A stretch of 64,000 nt of DNA, from positions 108,243 to 172,242 of the forward strand of contig JAIQFY010000010.1 of the NCBI GenBank assembly GCA_020072965.1, read 5' to 3'. Made by a program: the position numbers and the translations under genes. The stretch is from Terriglobia bacterium (lineage in GTDB: Bacteria > Acidobacteriota > Terriglobia > JAIQFV01). Below the pieces are notes generated by a model that made no database searches, was not told the DNA's origin, and saw only the letters and a list, made by a program, of their open reading frames with translations. Below, in pieces: positions 49,402-59,280 of the stretch. Numbering within the stretch: position 1 is the first letter of the stretch; each line of letters opens with the position of its first letter.

Positions 49402-50184
49402 ATGCTTCCCTATCTTGAAACGGCGCTGGACGCGGCGAGGGCAGCCGGCGATGTTCTCCTGCGCTCCTACGAAAAACCCAAGGATATCGAGTACAAGGGC
49501 GATGTCGACCTGGTCACGGAGGTCGATCGCGCCTCGGAGCAACTCATTCTCGAAAAGATCCTTGGGCAGTATCCCACCCATGCCATTGTGGCGGAGGAAA
49601 GCGGTCTCCGGAAGTCCGATTCAGAATATCGCTGGATCATTGATCCCCTGGATGGCACAACCAACTACGCTCACAATTTGCCCCTGTTTTCAGTCTCCAT
49701 CGCGCTGGAATACCGGAAAGAGATCATCGTGGGTGTCGTCTACGACCCGGTTCGGCCCGAGCTTTTTTTCGCCGAGAAGGATCGGGGGGCCTACCTGAAC
49801 GGCAAACCCATTTCGGTATCTACCGTCGACAATCTGGGCCGCTCTCTGCTTGTGACCGGTTTCCCGATCCGCAAGCGGGAAGAAGCGGAAACTAATTTGC
49901 AGGTCTTTCGGGCTTTCACCATGCGCGGGCAAGGGGTCCGCCGGCTCGGAAGTGCCGCCCTCGATATCTGCTACGTTGCCTGTGGACGCTTCGAAGCGCA
50001 TTGGGAGTTCCGTCTTCATGCCTGGGATACTGCCGCAGCCAGCCGGATTCTCTTAGAGGCAGGAGGACGCATCACCGATTTTGGAGGTCAACCGTTCGAT
50101 CCGTTCGGAACCGAAACTCTCGCAACCAACGGCAGAATCCACGAGTCCATGATGCAAGTGCTGGCGCCCTTTCGAGATAAGTAA
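49402..50184 (+). CDS. suhB: Inositol monophosphatase family protein (SuhB-like)
   Basis: 260 aa, motifs EESG, WIIDPLDGTTNYAHNLP, WDTAAA. Confidence 0.85.
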   Translation: MLPYLETALDAARAAGDVLLRSYEKPKDIEYKGDVDLVTEVDRASEQLILEKILGQYPTHAIVAEESGLRKSDSEYRWIIDPLDGTTNYAHNLPLFSVSIALEYRKEIIVGVVYDPVRPELFFAEKDRGAYLNGKPISVSTVDNLGRSLLVTGFPIRKREEAETNLQVFRAFTMRGQGVRRLGSAALDICYVACGRFEAHWEFRLHAWDTAAASRILLEAGGRITDFGGQPFDPFGTETLATNGRIHESMMQVLAPFRDK

Positions 50185-50186
50185 GG

Positions 50187-50373
50187 AGTTCAAAGTTCAA
50201 GGTTCAAAGTTCAAAGGCCAAAGTCCAATGAAAATCTAGTTCAAGGTTCAAAGTTCAAAGTTTAAGGTACCGTTTCGACCCTGACTTCCGACTTCTGACT
50301 TCCGACTTCTGACTTCTGACTTCTGGCTTCTGACTTCTGGCTTCTGACTTCTGGCCTCCAGCCTCCGGCTTGT
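50187..50373. repeat. Two adjacent heptamer tandem arrays: (AGTTCAA)~11 at 50187-50265 and (GACTTCT)~13 at 50283-50373
   Basis: agttcaaagttcaaggttcaaagttcaaaggccaaagtccaa... and gacttccgacttctgacttccgacttctgacttctgacttctggcttctgacttctgg... Period 7 verified by eye. Confidence 0.7.
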
Positions 50374-50400
50374 AGTCCCTGGCCACCGACAGCTAACAAA

Positions 50401-50763
50401 ATGGCAGACCGTATCCTTACCCTGATTCCGGACATGTTCTTTGCGGCCAAGGTGGAAGAGACTGCAAAGCACCTGGGGATTCCACTCGTTACCCTCCTGT
50501 CGGAAGCCTCCCTGATTATGGAAGTGAAACGAGAAAGCCCATCGATCGTCATCATCGATCTGAATTTCGACGTCAACAGGTCACCAGAAGTCATCAAAAC
50601 AGTCAAGGAGGCGTGCAGCCCCCATCCCATCCGCGTGTTGGCCTTTTTTTCTCACGTTCAGGAAGATTTAGCTGATTCCGCCCGGAGGGCGGGGGCCTTC
50701 GTGGTGGTCCCGAGATCCTATTTTTCCAAACACCTCCTTGAGATACTCCAGGGAAATTTCTAG
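50401..50763 (+). CDS. Hypothetical protein, possible degenerate receiver-like (CheY-fold) domain
   Basis: 120 aa. Alternating beta/alpha pattern with an IIDLNF Asp pocket-like motif, but lacks the conserved Lys. Weak. Confidence 0.4.
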   Translation: MADRILTLIPDMFFAAKVEETAKHLGIPLVTLLSEASLIMEVKRESPSIVIIDLNFDVNRSPEVIKTVKEACSPHPIRVLAFFSHVQEDLADSARRAGAFVVVPRSYFSKHLLEILQGNF

Positions 50764-50823
50764 CCCGGGATTTTTAAGGTTTATGTGGTCTCTGACTCAG
50801 CCGGGAAATCGTCATTCTGGATA

Positions 50824-50932
50824 CAGAAGTCGGAAAGTCGGAGATCAGATTGAGAATTCCCAGTTCGAGGCGTCTACGCCGGACCGGGTGCCTTTAATCT
50901 GACATCTGTACTCCGGCTTCTGACTTCGCCGG
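50824..50932. repeat. Partial copies of the GACTTCT-type repeat in both orientations
   Basis: cagaagtcggaaagtcggag (50824-50843) and cggcttctgacttcgccgg (50914-50932). Confidence 0.4.
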
Positions 50933-51012
50933 CATTGTGGTCAAAGATTGAATTTCTTCTGGTCAAATTCAACAAGTCCAGTTTCAGCAAAAAACCAGAG
51001 AGTCCTGTTCCC

Positions 51013-51750
51013 ATGTCTCCCCCACGACGCCGCGTCTTCACCGAAAAAGCTCGCGCTCTCGAGAAGGTTCAGGAAGAAGTAGTTCGATGCCGACGCTGTC
51101 CCCGTCTCGTCGAGTGGCGGGAAAAGGTGGCAAAGGAGAAGGTGGCGCGATATACGGGTCAGCAGTACTGGGGGAAACCGGTCCCGAGTTTTGGGGATCC
51201 CAATGCCCGGTTATGGCTCATTGGCCTTGCCCCTGCGGCCCACGGAGGCAATCGCACCGGACGAATGTTCACGGGAGATCGAAGCGGCGACTGGCTGTAC
51301 CGCACCCTATACAAATTTGGATTCTCGAATCAACCCTCGTCAATCCTTCGGAACGACGGATTGAAACTGATCAACTGTTACATCACGGCATCGGCGCGAT
51401 GTGCGCCGCCTTTGAACAAGCTACTCCCGGGGGAACTCCAAAACTGCCGGCCATTCCTTCGAAAGGAATTGAGTGCTCTGGGGGCAAACGCTCCGGGGAT
51501 GGAACCAGCCGTCGTGATTGCCTTGGGAAAGGTTGCCTTTGATACGTTCTTGAAGACATTCAGCGAACTCGGCGGGCAGCTGCCTCGTCCCCGGCCAAGG
51601 TTCTCACATGGTGTCGAATTTCATCTCTCTACGAAGTTGACACTCATAGCTTCATTCCATCCAAGCCAACAGAATACCTTTACAGGCAAGCTGACCGAGC
51701 CCATGTTCGATCGGGTGTTTAGACGGGCCCGGGAGCTGCTTTCGACCTGA
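51013..51750 (+). CDS. Uracil-DNA glycosylase family 4 (4Fe-4S type)
   Basis: VVRCRRCPRL...GDPNARLWLIGLAPAAHGGNRTGRMFTGDRSG... is the UDG family 4 signature. ATG at 51013; the track ORF starts at 50935. Confidence 0.8.
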   Translation: MSPPRRRVFTEKARALEKVQEEVVRCRRCPRLVEWREKVAKEKVARYTGQQYWGKPVPSFGDPNARLWLIGLAPAAHGGNRTGRMFTGDRSGDWLYRTLYKFGFSNQPSSILRNDGLKLINCYITASARCAPPLNKLLPGELQNCRPFLRKELSALGANAPGMEPAVVIALGKVAFDTFLKTFSELGGQLPRPRPRFSHGVEFHLSTKLTLIASFHPSQQNTFTGKLTEPMFDRVFRRARELLST

Positions 51751-51926
51751 GAGTTCGCCCTCATCCCAATAGATCGAGGTCTCCAGCACCCGACCCTTGA
51801 ATTAAAGGTCTGAGTGACGGCCTCAACAAAATTCCACCTCAACCTCTAAGGGTGGAACCGGCAAATTCACCATTCCCTGATTATTCCTTGCTCTGAGAAT
51901 TTGTTTCTGCCTAGAATGCCCTCACT

Positions 51927-53063
51927 GTGGAGACATTTCAGCGCGCGGCAGACCTCCTGGGTCGGGTAAGGAAAAAGAAACGACTGAACACGGTCGTGTT
52001 TTTCGTGACCTCAATCTGCAATGAGAAATGCCGTCATTGTTTTTACTGGGAGGAGCTGAACCAGCGCGGAGATCTTACCCTGGATCAAATCATGAAAGTC
52101 TCGCAAACCATGCCCAGGATCACCGATCTGTGGATTTCCGGCGGCGAACCGTTCATGCGAAAGGATCTCCCGGAAATCATCGAGACCTTTTATCGAAACA
52201 ATGACGTTCGATGGATCAATCTTCCTACTAACGGCCTCTTTAAAGACCGGGCGCATGAGTGGCTCGACCGCGTTTTACGCCGGTGCCCCGAGCTGCATAT
52301 CGATTTGAATGTCAGTCTGGACGGGTTTCAAGCGACACACGAGCGGATCCGAGGCGTCCCCCGTTGTTATGAGAAAACGGTGGAAATGATCCGAAGCCTG
52401 CCCCCGCTCGTCGGAGAGCACCGCCAGCAGCTTCGCGTCAACGTGAACACCTGTTTAAACGGGGACAACTGCATGGAATTGATCGAGTTCATGAAGTTTG
52501 TCTTTGAGGAACTGCCAGTGGACGGACAGTATCTTCAACTTATCCGTGGAAATCCGATGGACCCGGAAATGAAGACCATCCCGCTTCAGGCGCTCCGGGA
52601 GATTTACGACTTTGCACGGGTACTTTATGAGAAATATTCGGAGCGTATGTTTCGTCACCTGGGGGGTCTTTCGAAGGGACTGGCCAAGACGGCATACGTG
52701 GGCACACTGGCGCTTCACAACAAGATCCAATATGCCAACTACCTCGAGTCGACCCGATGGCCCATGGCTTGTACTGCGGGCGAGACGTTCTGCGTGATTG
52801 ATTATAACGGCGACGTCCGCGCCTGCGAACTTCGTGGCAAATTAGCCAATCTTCGGGATTACGATTATGATTTCTCGAAGTTCTGGTCAGATCGGCGTCG
52901 GCAAAAGGAGCTGAATCAGATCGTGTGTGATCAGTGCTGGTGCACGCACGTCTGCAATATTCATGATTCCCTGCGATATGCCCCCAAAGTCCTTCTCTAT
53001 GACATTCCTACCACGTTCGTTGATACCCGCCCGGGCGCCGCAGCCCAAAAACACTTCCACTAG
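51927..53063 (+). CDS. Radical SAM protein with C-terminal Cys-rich (SPASM-like) region
   Basis: FFVTSICNEKCRHCFY (CxxxCxxC). C-terminal CELRG...CDQCWCTHVCNIHD. Specific family not recognised. Confidence 0.7.
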   Translation: METFQRAADLLGRVRKKKRLNTVVFFVTSICNEKCRHCFYWEELNQRGDLTLDQIMKVSQTMPRITDLWISGGEPFMRKDLPEIIETFYRNNDVRWINLPTNGLFKDRAHEWLDRVLRRCPELHIDLNVSLDGFQATHERIRGVPRCYEKTVEMIRSLPPLVGEHRQQLRVNVNTCLNGDNCMELIEFMKFVFEELPVDGQYLQLIRGNPMDPEMKTIPLQALREIYDFARVLYEKYSERMFRHLGGLSKGLAKTAYVGTLALHNKIQYANYLESTRWPMACTAGETFCVIDYNGDVRACELRGKLANLRDYDYDFSKFWSDRRRQKELNQIVCDQCWCTHVCNIHDSLRYAPKVLLYDIPTTFVDTRPGAAAQKHFH

Positions 53064-53184
53064 CTGGACGCACGCCCAAGGCCAGAGATGAGGAGGGGCA
53101 AAAACCTGGCGGACCGCCTCCAAAGCAAACTCTTTCCATCCGCGGGAGATCCGGGATGCCAAACAAAATTGGATTTGTAACAGT

Positions 53185-53676
53185 TTAAAAAAGAATCTTT
53201 CGGGCAGAAAATCGTTTGTGAAGAAATGAATCGAGCCCCCAGGTCCGGCCGGCATGGGCCGACAGAAAGATCAGAAAGAGCAGGGCGGGGCAAAAGTGTT
53301 CCAGGTTGGCGCCGAGGTATCTCCACAACGGCCAATGGGGTTGATAACCCGTGGAGAAAGCTAAAGCCATCATGTAAATGAATCCAAAAATTGACGCCAG
53401 ACCGACGCCAGCCCCCAACACCAGGGATAAACCAATTAAGGTTTCACTGACCCCAACGAAGTAACCGAAGAAGCTGGCATGTGGAAGCACTAGACTCTGA
53501 AGGACCGGTCTGAAAAACGGATAGGCGGAGTCTTTGATGAAGCTGTGGAGGTAATGCTGAAGACCGCCGTTCGCAAAAGCCGGCGTCGCCAGTTTATACT
53601 GGCCGAAGAACAAAAAGAACGCTCCCAGGATGATACGGCAAAACACCAGGGTTTTTCGCCCTGCCCCTCGCTCCAT
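53185..53676 (-). CDS. DoxX-family membrane protein
   Basis: 163 aa, four TM helices, DoxX-like. Confidence 0.55.
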   Translation of the reverse strand: MERGAGRKTLVFCRIILGAFFLFFGQYKLATPAFANGGLQHYLHSFIKDSAYPFFRPVLQSLVLPHASFFGYFVGVSETLIGLSLVLGAGVGLASIFGFIYMMALAFSTGYQPHWPLWRYLGANLEHFCPALLFLIFLSAHAGRTWGLDSFLHKRFSARKILF

Positions 53677-54002
53677 ATCGCCTCCCGCAACTGTGTATTT
53701 CCTGGCCTGCTCCCTGGACTCCCGGAATATTGAGCCACCCCGGTTACAAACCCATTTTCCCGCTGAAGACTACGCATAATCCGGCCTCAGTTCAAGCCCT
53801 AATGAGACCGCATCGTCGACCCCCAAATGAGGTCCGCATGGGTTAATGGCGGAATCACGGTCTCTCCAAGCTGACGAAGCTGGGACAGATTAGGATACCT
53901 CGGCGGAGTGGAGAAGGGTCCCTACGATTTCCTGTTCATCAGCCACAAAGGCTTTACAACCCAAGGGGGCGTCGCTAGAATGAGATCTTCTAGAAAACGT
54001 CC

Positions 54003-54992
54003 ATGACATCGACCCTGTATGACGTCGGCATTATTGGCGCAGGACCCGCAGGCTTGGCCTGTGGCATCGAAGCCACTAAATTAGAGCTCAGCCACGTCAT
54101 CATCGAGAAAGGTTGCCTCGTCAATTCCCTCGCCCATTATCCGATCAACATGGTGTTCTTTACGACCCCTGAACTGCTCGAAATCGGGGGCTTGCCCTTG
54201 ATATCCGCGCACGAGAAGCCCACCCGACTGGAAGGCCTGAAGTACTACCGGCGTGCCGTGGAGACATATCACTTGAACGTCCATCAGTACGAAAGAGTGG
54301 AGGGTGTGTCGGGGTTCAATGGAGACTTTAGTATTCGCACCCGGGAACGCCTGGGTCAGAGTAGAAGTTACAAAGCCCGCAAACTGATCGTGGCGACAGG
54401 GTATTACGACAACCCGAACCGGCTGGGGATCCCCGGCGAAGACCTTCCAAAGGTGTCGCATTACTACACTGAAGCGCATCCCTATTACGACCAGGAGGTG
54501 GCCGTGATCGGGGGGCGCAACTCCGCGATTGAGACGGCCTTGGATTTATTTCGAAATGATTCCCACGTGACCCTGATCTACCGCGGCGCGGAGTTCAGCA
54601 ACTCGGTCAAGTATTGGATCAAGCCGGACATAGAAAACCGCGTCAAGCGAGGTGAAATCAAGGTGCATTTTAATACTCAGGTGATCGCCATCAAGCCGGA
54701 CGCTGTCGTCATCCAGAATTCCAATGGGAAAGTGGAGCTCAAAAATGACTTTGTGTTTGCCTTGACGGGCTACCGGCCAGACGAATCCTTCTTGCGATCG
54801 ATGGGGATTGAATTGAGTCCCATCGATTTGAAACCCACTCTCCATCCGGAATCATTCGAAACAAACGTTCCGGGCGTCCACATGGCGGGATCGATTGTCG
54901 CCGGGCTCAAGAACAACGAGATCTTCATCGAAAACGGACGATTCCACGGAAAAGTAATCCTCCAATCCATCGCCCGTTCACTGCGAGGCTGA
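54003..54992 (+). CDS. YpdA-family FAD/NAD(P)-binding putative (bacilli)thiol-disulfide reductase (thioredoxin-reductase-like, no CxxC)
   Basis: 329 aa. N-terminal GIIGAGPAGL dinucleotide motif. Second Rossmann GGRNSAIETALDL. Overall YpdA/TrxB-like architecture. Confidence 0.65.
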   Translation: MTSTLYDVGIIGAGPAGLACGIEATKLELSHVIIEKGCLVNSLAHYPINMVFFTTPELLEIGGLPLISAHEKPTRLEGLKYYRRAVETYHLNVHQYERVEGVSGFNGDFSIRTRERLGQSRSYKARKLIVATGYYDNPNRLGIPGEDLPKVSHYYTEAHPYYDQEVAVIGGRNSAIETALDLFRNDSHVTLIYRGAEFSNSVKYWIKPDIENRVKRGEIKVHFNTQVIAIKPDAVVIQNSNGKVELKNDFVFALTGYRPDESFLRSMGIELSPIDLKPTLHPESFETNVPGVHMAGSIVAGLKNNEIFIENGRFHGKVILQSIARSLRG

Positions 54993-54995
54993 CCC

Positions 54996-55445
54996 ATGAC
55001 TCTACAGGAACGCATCCAAAAAGACATTCAGGACGCCATGCGCGCCAAGGATTCACTGCGGCTGGATGCCCTGCGCATGATGAAAGCCGCCGTTAAGAAC
55101 AAAGAGGTCGAGAAAATCAAGCCGCTCGATGAGAATGAGTGTCTTCAGGTGTTCGCAACGTTGATCAAGCAACGTAAAGATTCCATTGAGCAGTTCACCA
55201 AGGGTGGACGACTGGAGTTGGCCGCCAAGGAAGCGGCTGAAATCAAAATCATCGAAGAGTACATGCCCGCTGCAGCAACCGCCGAGGAAATGGAGACGGC
55301 GGTTGCGGACGCGATTTCGGAAACGGGAGCTTCTACTCTAAAAGACATGGGTGCGGTGATGAAGATGGCGATGGCGAAGTTCGCGGGAAAACCTGTGGAT
55401 GGAAAAGCCGTGAGTGAGTTGGTGCGCCGAAGGCTGGCCTCCTGA
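54996..55445 (+). CDS. GatB/YqeY domain protein
   Basis: 149 aa. Typical YqeY sequence (RLDALRMMKAAVKNKEVE...EIKIIEEYMP). Confidence 0.8.
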   Translation: MTLQERIQKDIQDAMRAKDSLRLDALRMMKAAVKNKEVEKIKPLDENECLQVFATLIKQRKDSIEQFTKGGRLELAAKEAAEIKIIEEYMPAAATAEEMETAVADAISETGASTLKDMGAVMKMAMAKFAGKPVDGKAVSELVRRRLAS

Positions 55446-55516
55446 GGCTCTTTGCGGCAACTCGTTCAGCCGGAGTTTGCTACACATGAATCTTGTCATT
55501 CAATCGGGGAGGATCC

Positions 55517-56383
55517 ATGAAAAAGTCTCGCCTGCTTCTGACCGTCGTAATCTTCCTGGGCCTGTGGTTACTGCCGCCCAATCATCTCCCGGCGCAAAAG
55601 GAAGAGGCCCAAAAAGTGGGCAAGGAAATCACGAAACGGGCCCGCCGCATCGCGGGAAAGGACCGACTGGACGGCGTTCTCTCCGGACGAACCCGCGTCC
55701 TGGACCTGACTTATCCCCTGAATGCACAGACCCCTTATTGGCCGGCCCCGAACTACGAGCCCTTAAAGCATGAATTTTTTGCCACCCTCGAAAAGGATGG
55801 TGTCCTTTCAGGGAGGTATTGTGCGCCGGAGCACCTGGGGACCCACGTGGATGCCCCGAACCACTTTGAACGAGGGGGAATTCCCCTCGACAAAATCGCG
55901 CTGGATGATCTGTTCGGTTATGCCGTGGTGATCAATGTCCGGGGAAAAGCGGCTTCCAATCCCGATTATCGAGTCTCTCCTGCCGACCTTCAGGAATGGG
56001 AGCGGAAGAATCACGAGATTCCGGATGGCGCTATCGTGCTCGCGTACACCGGCTGGGGAGAGCGGGTCGAGAATCTCGAGCAATATCAGAACAAGGATTC
56101 TCAGGGAGTCATGCACTTTCCGGGTTGGTCAACCGAGGCGGTGGATTTTCTCCTTCGCGCCCGCAACATCAATGCCATTGGCATGGACACCCTTTCGATG
56201 GACTACGGACCCTCGAAGGATTTCGCCGTCCACCATCTGCTGATGAGCGCCGGAAAGTATGGTCTCGAAAACGTCGCGCATCTCGATCAAATGCCTCCGC
56301 GCGGCGGTTTCTTGATCGTTTCTCCCATCAAGATTGAAGGGGGCAGCGGCGGCCAGGCCCGGATCTATGCGCTGATTGAATGA
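55517..56383 (+). CDS. Cyclase family protein (kynurenine formamidase-like), secreted
   Basis: Signal peptide. HxGTHxDAPxH motif (HLGTHVDAPNHF) of the putative cyclase family. Confidence 0.75.
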   Translation: MKKSRLLLTVVIFLGLWLLPPNHLPAQKEEAQKVGKEITKRARRIAGKDRLDGVLSGRTRVLDLTYPLNAQTPYWPAPNYEPLKHEFFATLEKDGVLSGRYCAPEHLGTHVDAPNHFERGGIPLDKIALDDLFGYAVVINVRGKAASNPDYRVSPADLQEWERKNHEIPDGAIVLAYTGWGERVENLEQYQNKDSQGVMHFPGWSTEAVDFLLRARNINAIGMDTLSMDYGPSKDFAVHHLLMSAGKYGLENVAHLDQMPPRGGFLIVSPIKIEGGSGGQARIYALIE

Positions 56384-56384
56384 C

Positions 56385-56582
56385 GTCGTAGTAACGACTT
56401 CAGTCGTTACTCCTCCCCAATCCGTGCACAGAGAATGCTTACACTTCAAGCAACGACTGAAGTCGTCACTACCCCCGCCACTCCAACACATCGTAGTAAC
56501 GACTTCAGTCGTTGCTCCTGTCAGATCCGGAGATAGAAATCTCCCAGGTTTTACTTGACGACTGAAGTCGTCACTACACTAG
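56385..56582. repeat. REP/BIME array: four palindromic REP units (GTAGTAACGACTTCAGTCGTTAC) in alternating orientation
   Basis: Units at about 56385-56416, 56447-56474, 56489-56520 and 56554-56582, each an imperfect hairpin AACGACT-N-AGTCGTT. Confidence 0.7.
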
Positions 56583-57178
56583 TCATCCCAACCCTTTCCA
56601 AAGTCCCGGGGTGGGTAAGTAATCCAATTCTCACGCAACCACTGCCGACCATAAGATTCCTTGTAGCTATCCACACTTGACCAGGGCCATTCAAAGGGAT
56701 CCGAAACATAGCCATGTTTTACAGGATTATAATGAATGTAATTCAGAGCCCGGTAAAAATGCCTCGTATCCCGAATCATCCGGTCCTCAAACTTGTACCA
56801 GACCCGTCGTTGTCCATCCAAGCCATCCTCTAGATTCCATTCCCTTGACGTCGCACCATGAAGTTGCTTCAGAACGGCTGAAACAAGGTCGAGCGAAGAA
56901 ACGTCAACGAGAAGGTGATAATGGTTTGGGAGGATTACCCACCCTGAAACATCGGCTTCGACCGAATCCATAGACTCCAACAAGCGCGCTTCAAATTCGG
57001 TCAGGCGCTCTGGAGTGTCCATAACAGGAGCATGCTCGAAATTCGCTGCTGTGATCAAGTATTCACCTGCCATGCGAAACGGGTGTGGAGGGGCATGAAG
57101 CGGGTACCCGCGCTCGCGGCGCTGACGCAAGATCACTTCCCTCTCAAGAATTGTCATCCGGCGATATAGATAAGACAT
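56579..57178 (-). mobile_element. REP-associated tyrosine transposase (RAYT; IS200/IS605 TnpA-like, Y1 HuH)
   Basis: 199 aa, HuH motif ILPNHYHLLV and catalytic Tyr region RALNYIHYNPVKHG. Flanked on both sides by REP palindromes. Confidence 0.8.
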
Positions 57179-57258
57179 AATTGTTTAGGCCCGATGTCCT
57201 CTCCATCAGTCAATGCCAGGGTGTCTGCGGCAACGTGGCGAGGTCTTCGCCTTGTTTA

Positions 57259-57311
57259 TGTAGTAACGACTTCAGTCGTTAAGGCGTAACGACTAAAGTC
57301 GTTACTACGTC
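57259..57311. repeat. REP pair forming a long inverted repeat upstream of the RAYT gene
   Basis: GTAGTAACGACTTCAGTCGTTAaggcgTAACGACTAAAGTCGTTACTAC. Confidence 0.7.
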
Positions 57312-58815
57312 ACACCCTCCTCCGATACATCACCTGAATTCCTTCCCGCCAGTTTTCGTTGAGGCCCACTTTGATCACCTCGATCTCCGGAGGGAGATAT
57401 TTGAGTATTCCTTCAGTGGTGGAGTGGAAGCGAAAGGCCGGAGAGACGACGTATAAGACCGGCGGGCGGGGTCCGACTTTGACCCCGGAGAAATATCCCT
57501 GCCGCTCGAAGTCGCCACGCTCGTGATGCCACTTGACCCGTGTCCAATAGTCCAGCGCCTGAAGGGGTAAATTGATATCCTCTGCAACCTTCAATTCGAT
57601 CACCGCCAATCGACGATCGCGCGTAAGGGTCAGGATATCGATGACTCCTCGATCCAGTCCGGAAAACGCCGGGACCTGCGGATACACGAAGCCGGGATCA
57701 AGGTTGAAGTGGATCTGTCGAATGTCAGATAACACCAGCGACTCCAGCCAGCGTTCTGATTGAAGGCGGTAGTAGGGGTGCCTGGGAGCAGGTGATCGCG
57801 GACATCGGATCGCCTGCAATTCACTGAGGAGGGAGGAGAGTTCTTCGTCCAAACCCTTTTTATATGCCCTCTCCATCGAGCCCACCCCGTAATTGACCCT
57901 CGACAGTTTTTCTTCCCCCAGCCGGGCAAATTCCAGGCCATGAAAACGGATAGAGAAGAGCCTCGAAGCCGGCCGATGAACGATCTCAACCAAGTCCAAT
58001 CTGGAGCGGATCGGCGCGGGCAAAGCATCGAAAGGAATCTGCTCATAACGCAGCGGGACCTGGTCGACGCGCGACAACTTCGTTTCCACGTTGCCGTAGT
58101 CCGCAAGGTCAACCGGAGTCACCATACGGGGGTCTTCTCCGTATTCCAGGAGATCCAACCGAAGCCCTGCGCTTTGTAGGTAGGCCGCCCGAGTCGCCAT
58201 TGTGTAGCTTCTTCCTTCCGGAACGAGCAGTTTGAGCCCCACGACAGGCCGCCTGTCCGGATCTGTGCGCAACTGGTTCATCCAAATCAAGGCAAAGCTC
58301 AAACAGGCATCCACCGTAGACTGGTCCTCTGCGGGATTGACTCCGAAAACCGCCCAGCGACAGTTCCTCTCCACTCCGATTCCACGGCAAAAATGCTCGG
58401 AAAAGGACCGGCTGAGATCTTTCGCTGAAATCATTCTCTCGATCCGGATTTCGGGACAATGGGATCGAAGTATCTGGAGGATTTGACCCGGAAATCTCCG
58501 CCTAGAGGCCTTTCTTTCAACCAGTAACGCTGAGGAGACCAAGGCGTCGAATTCCAGATTGAAGGGAGGAGCGCCGCCATATGCTACCTGCAGAACCAGC
58601 CGGTCGTTTTCGCACTCTTCCAGGCTTATGACTCGCCGCGTGATGGATTGATCGGAGTTCCAAAGGGTGAAGAGGAGTTTTCCGAACTGAATTTCGAAAC
58701 AAAAATGAGAATCCTCAAGCTTAAGCAGACCGGCACGAGGATCACAAATAATCGTACTGGGATGCGACAGCAGGAACAACTCAAGCGTGTCCTTGAGTGC
58801 AATTAAACTATTCAT
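57310..58815 (-). CDS. Hypothetical protein with C-terminal PD-(D/E)xK-like nuclease motif
   Basis: 501 aa, no family recognised. C-terminal GVIDILTLTRDRRLAVIELKVAED fits the D...ExK restriction-endonuclease-fold pattern. Confidence 0.5.
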   Translation of the reverse strand: MNSLIALKDTLELFLLSHPSTIICDPRAGLLKLEDSHFCFEIQFGKLLFTLWNSDQSITRRVISLEECENDRLVLQVAYGGAPPFNLEFDALVSSALLVERKASRRRFPGQILQILRSHCPEIRIERMISAKDLSRSFSEHFCRGIGVERNCRWAVFGVNPAEDQSTVDACLSFALIWMNQLRTDPDRRPVVGLKLLVPEGRSYTMATRAAYLQSAGLRLDLLEYGEDPRMVTPVDLADYGNVETKLSRVDQVPLRYEQIPFDALPAPIRSRLDLVEIVHRPASRLFSIRFHGLEFARLGEEKLSRVNYGVGSMERAYKKGLDEELSSLLSELQAIRCPRSPAPRHPYYRLQSERWLESLVLSDIRQIHFNLDPGFVYPQVPAFSGLDRGVIDILTLTRDRRLAVIELKVAEDINLPLQALDYWTRVKWHHERGDFERQGYFSGVKVGPRPPVLYVVSPAFRFHSTTEGILKYLPPEIEVIKVGLNENWREGIQVMYRRRV

Positions 58816-59280
58816 CGGAGCAACCGAGGGGGATCGGGGGTGGGTTCAAGAACGTGGTAACCCGTGTATGATATCGCGAAGATGTTCTCCATCAAAGAGG
58901 AAACTTCTTCCGCATCCACGAATCGGAGTCTACAGCTCTCCTGCTGAAACCGACCTCCCGCAAAGACGCCATGCTGCAGAGCAAACCTCGGAATCAGAGG
59001 GACACGTGAGGAGGCCAGTTCCTCCTGATTTTAGGCGGTTCAATCCATTTAGGCAGGCGCCATGACGGGGGGGGGTTCTTTGATCGCAATTCGGGTCTGA
59101 GGCGAGGTGTAGAGTGAAGTGTAATTACCAAGAAAAAATGGCAGGCAGGCGATACATCTGCATGTCCTGATTCGCTACCTTCAAGGGCGACTCATTTTGG
59201 ATGCAGCGATACTCCTTCGTGGTTCGAGCTAAGGCCGAAAAAAGATAAAAAATCGATTGTCCGGAGAGAGAAAGCGCGGC

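Noticed and set aside
56385-57311. Possible CRISPR array
   Set aside because: The repeats are palindromic REP hairpins in alternating orientation, with irregular short spacing, next to a RAYT transposase. There is no direct-repeat/spacer regularity and no cas genes.
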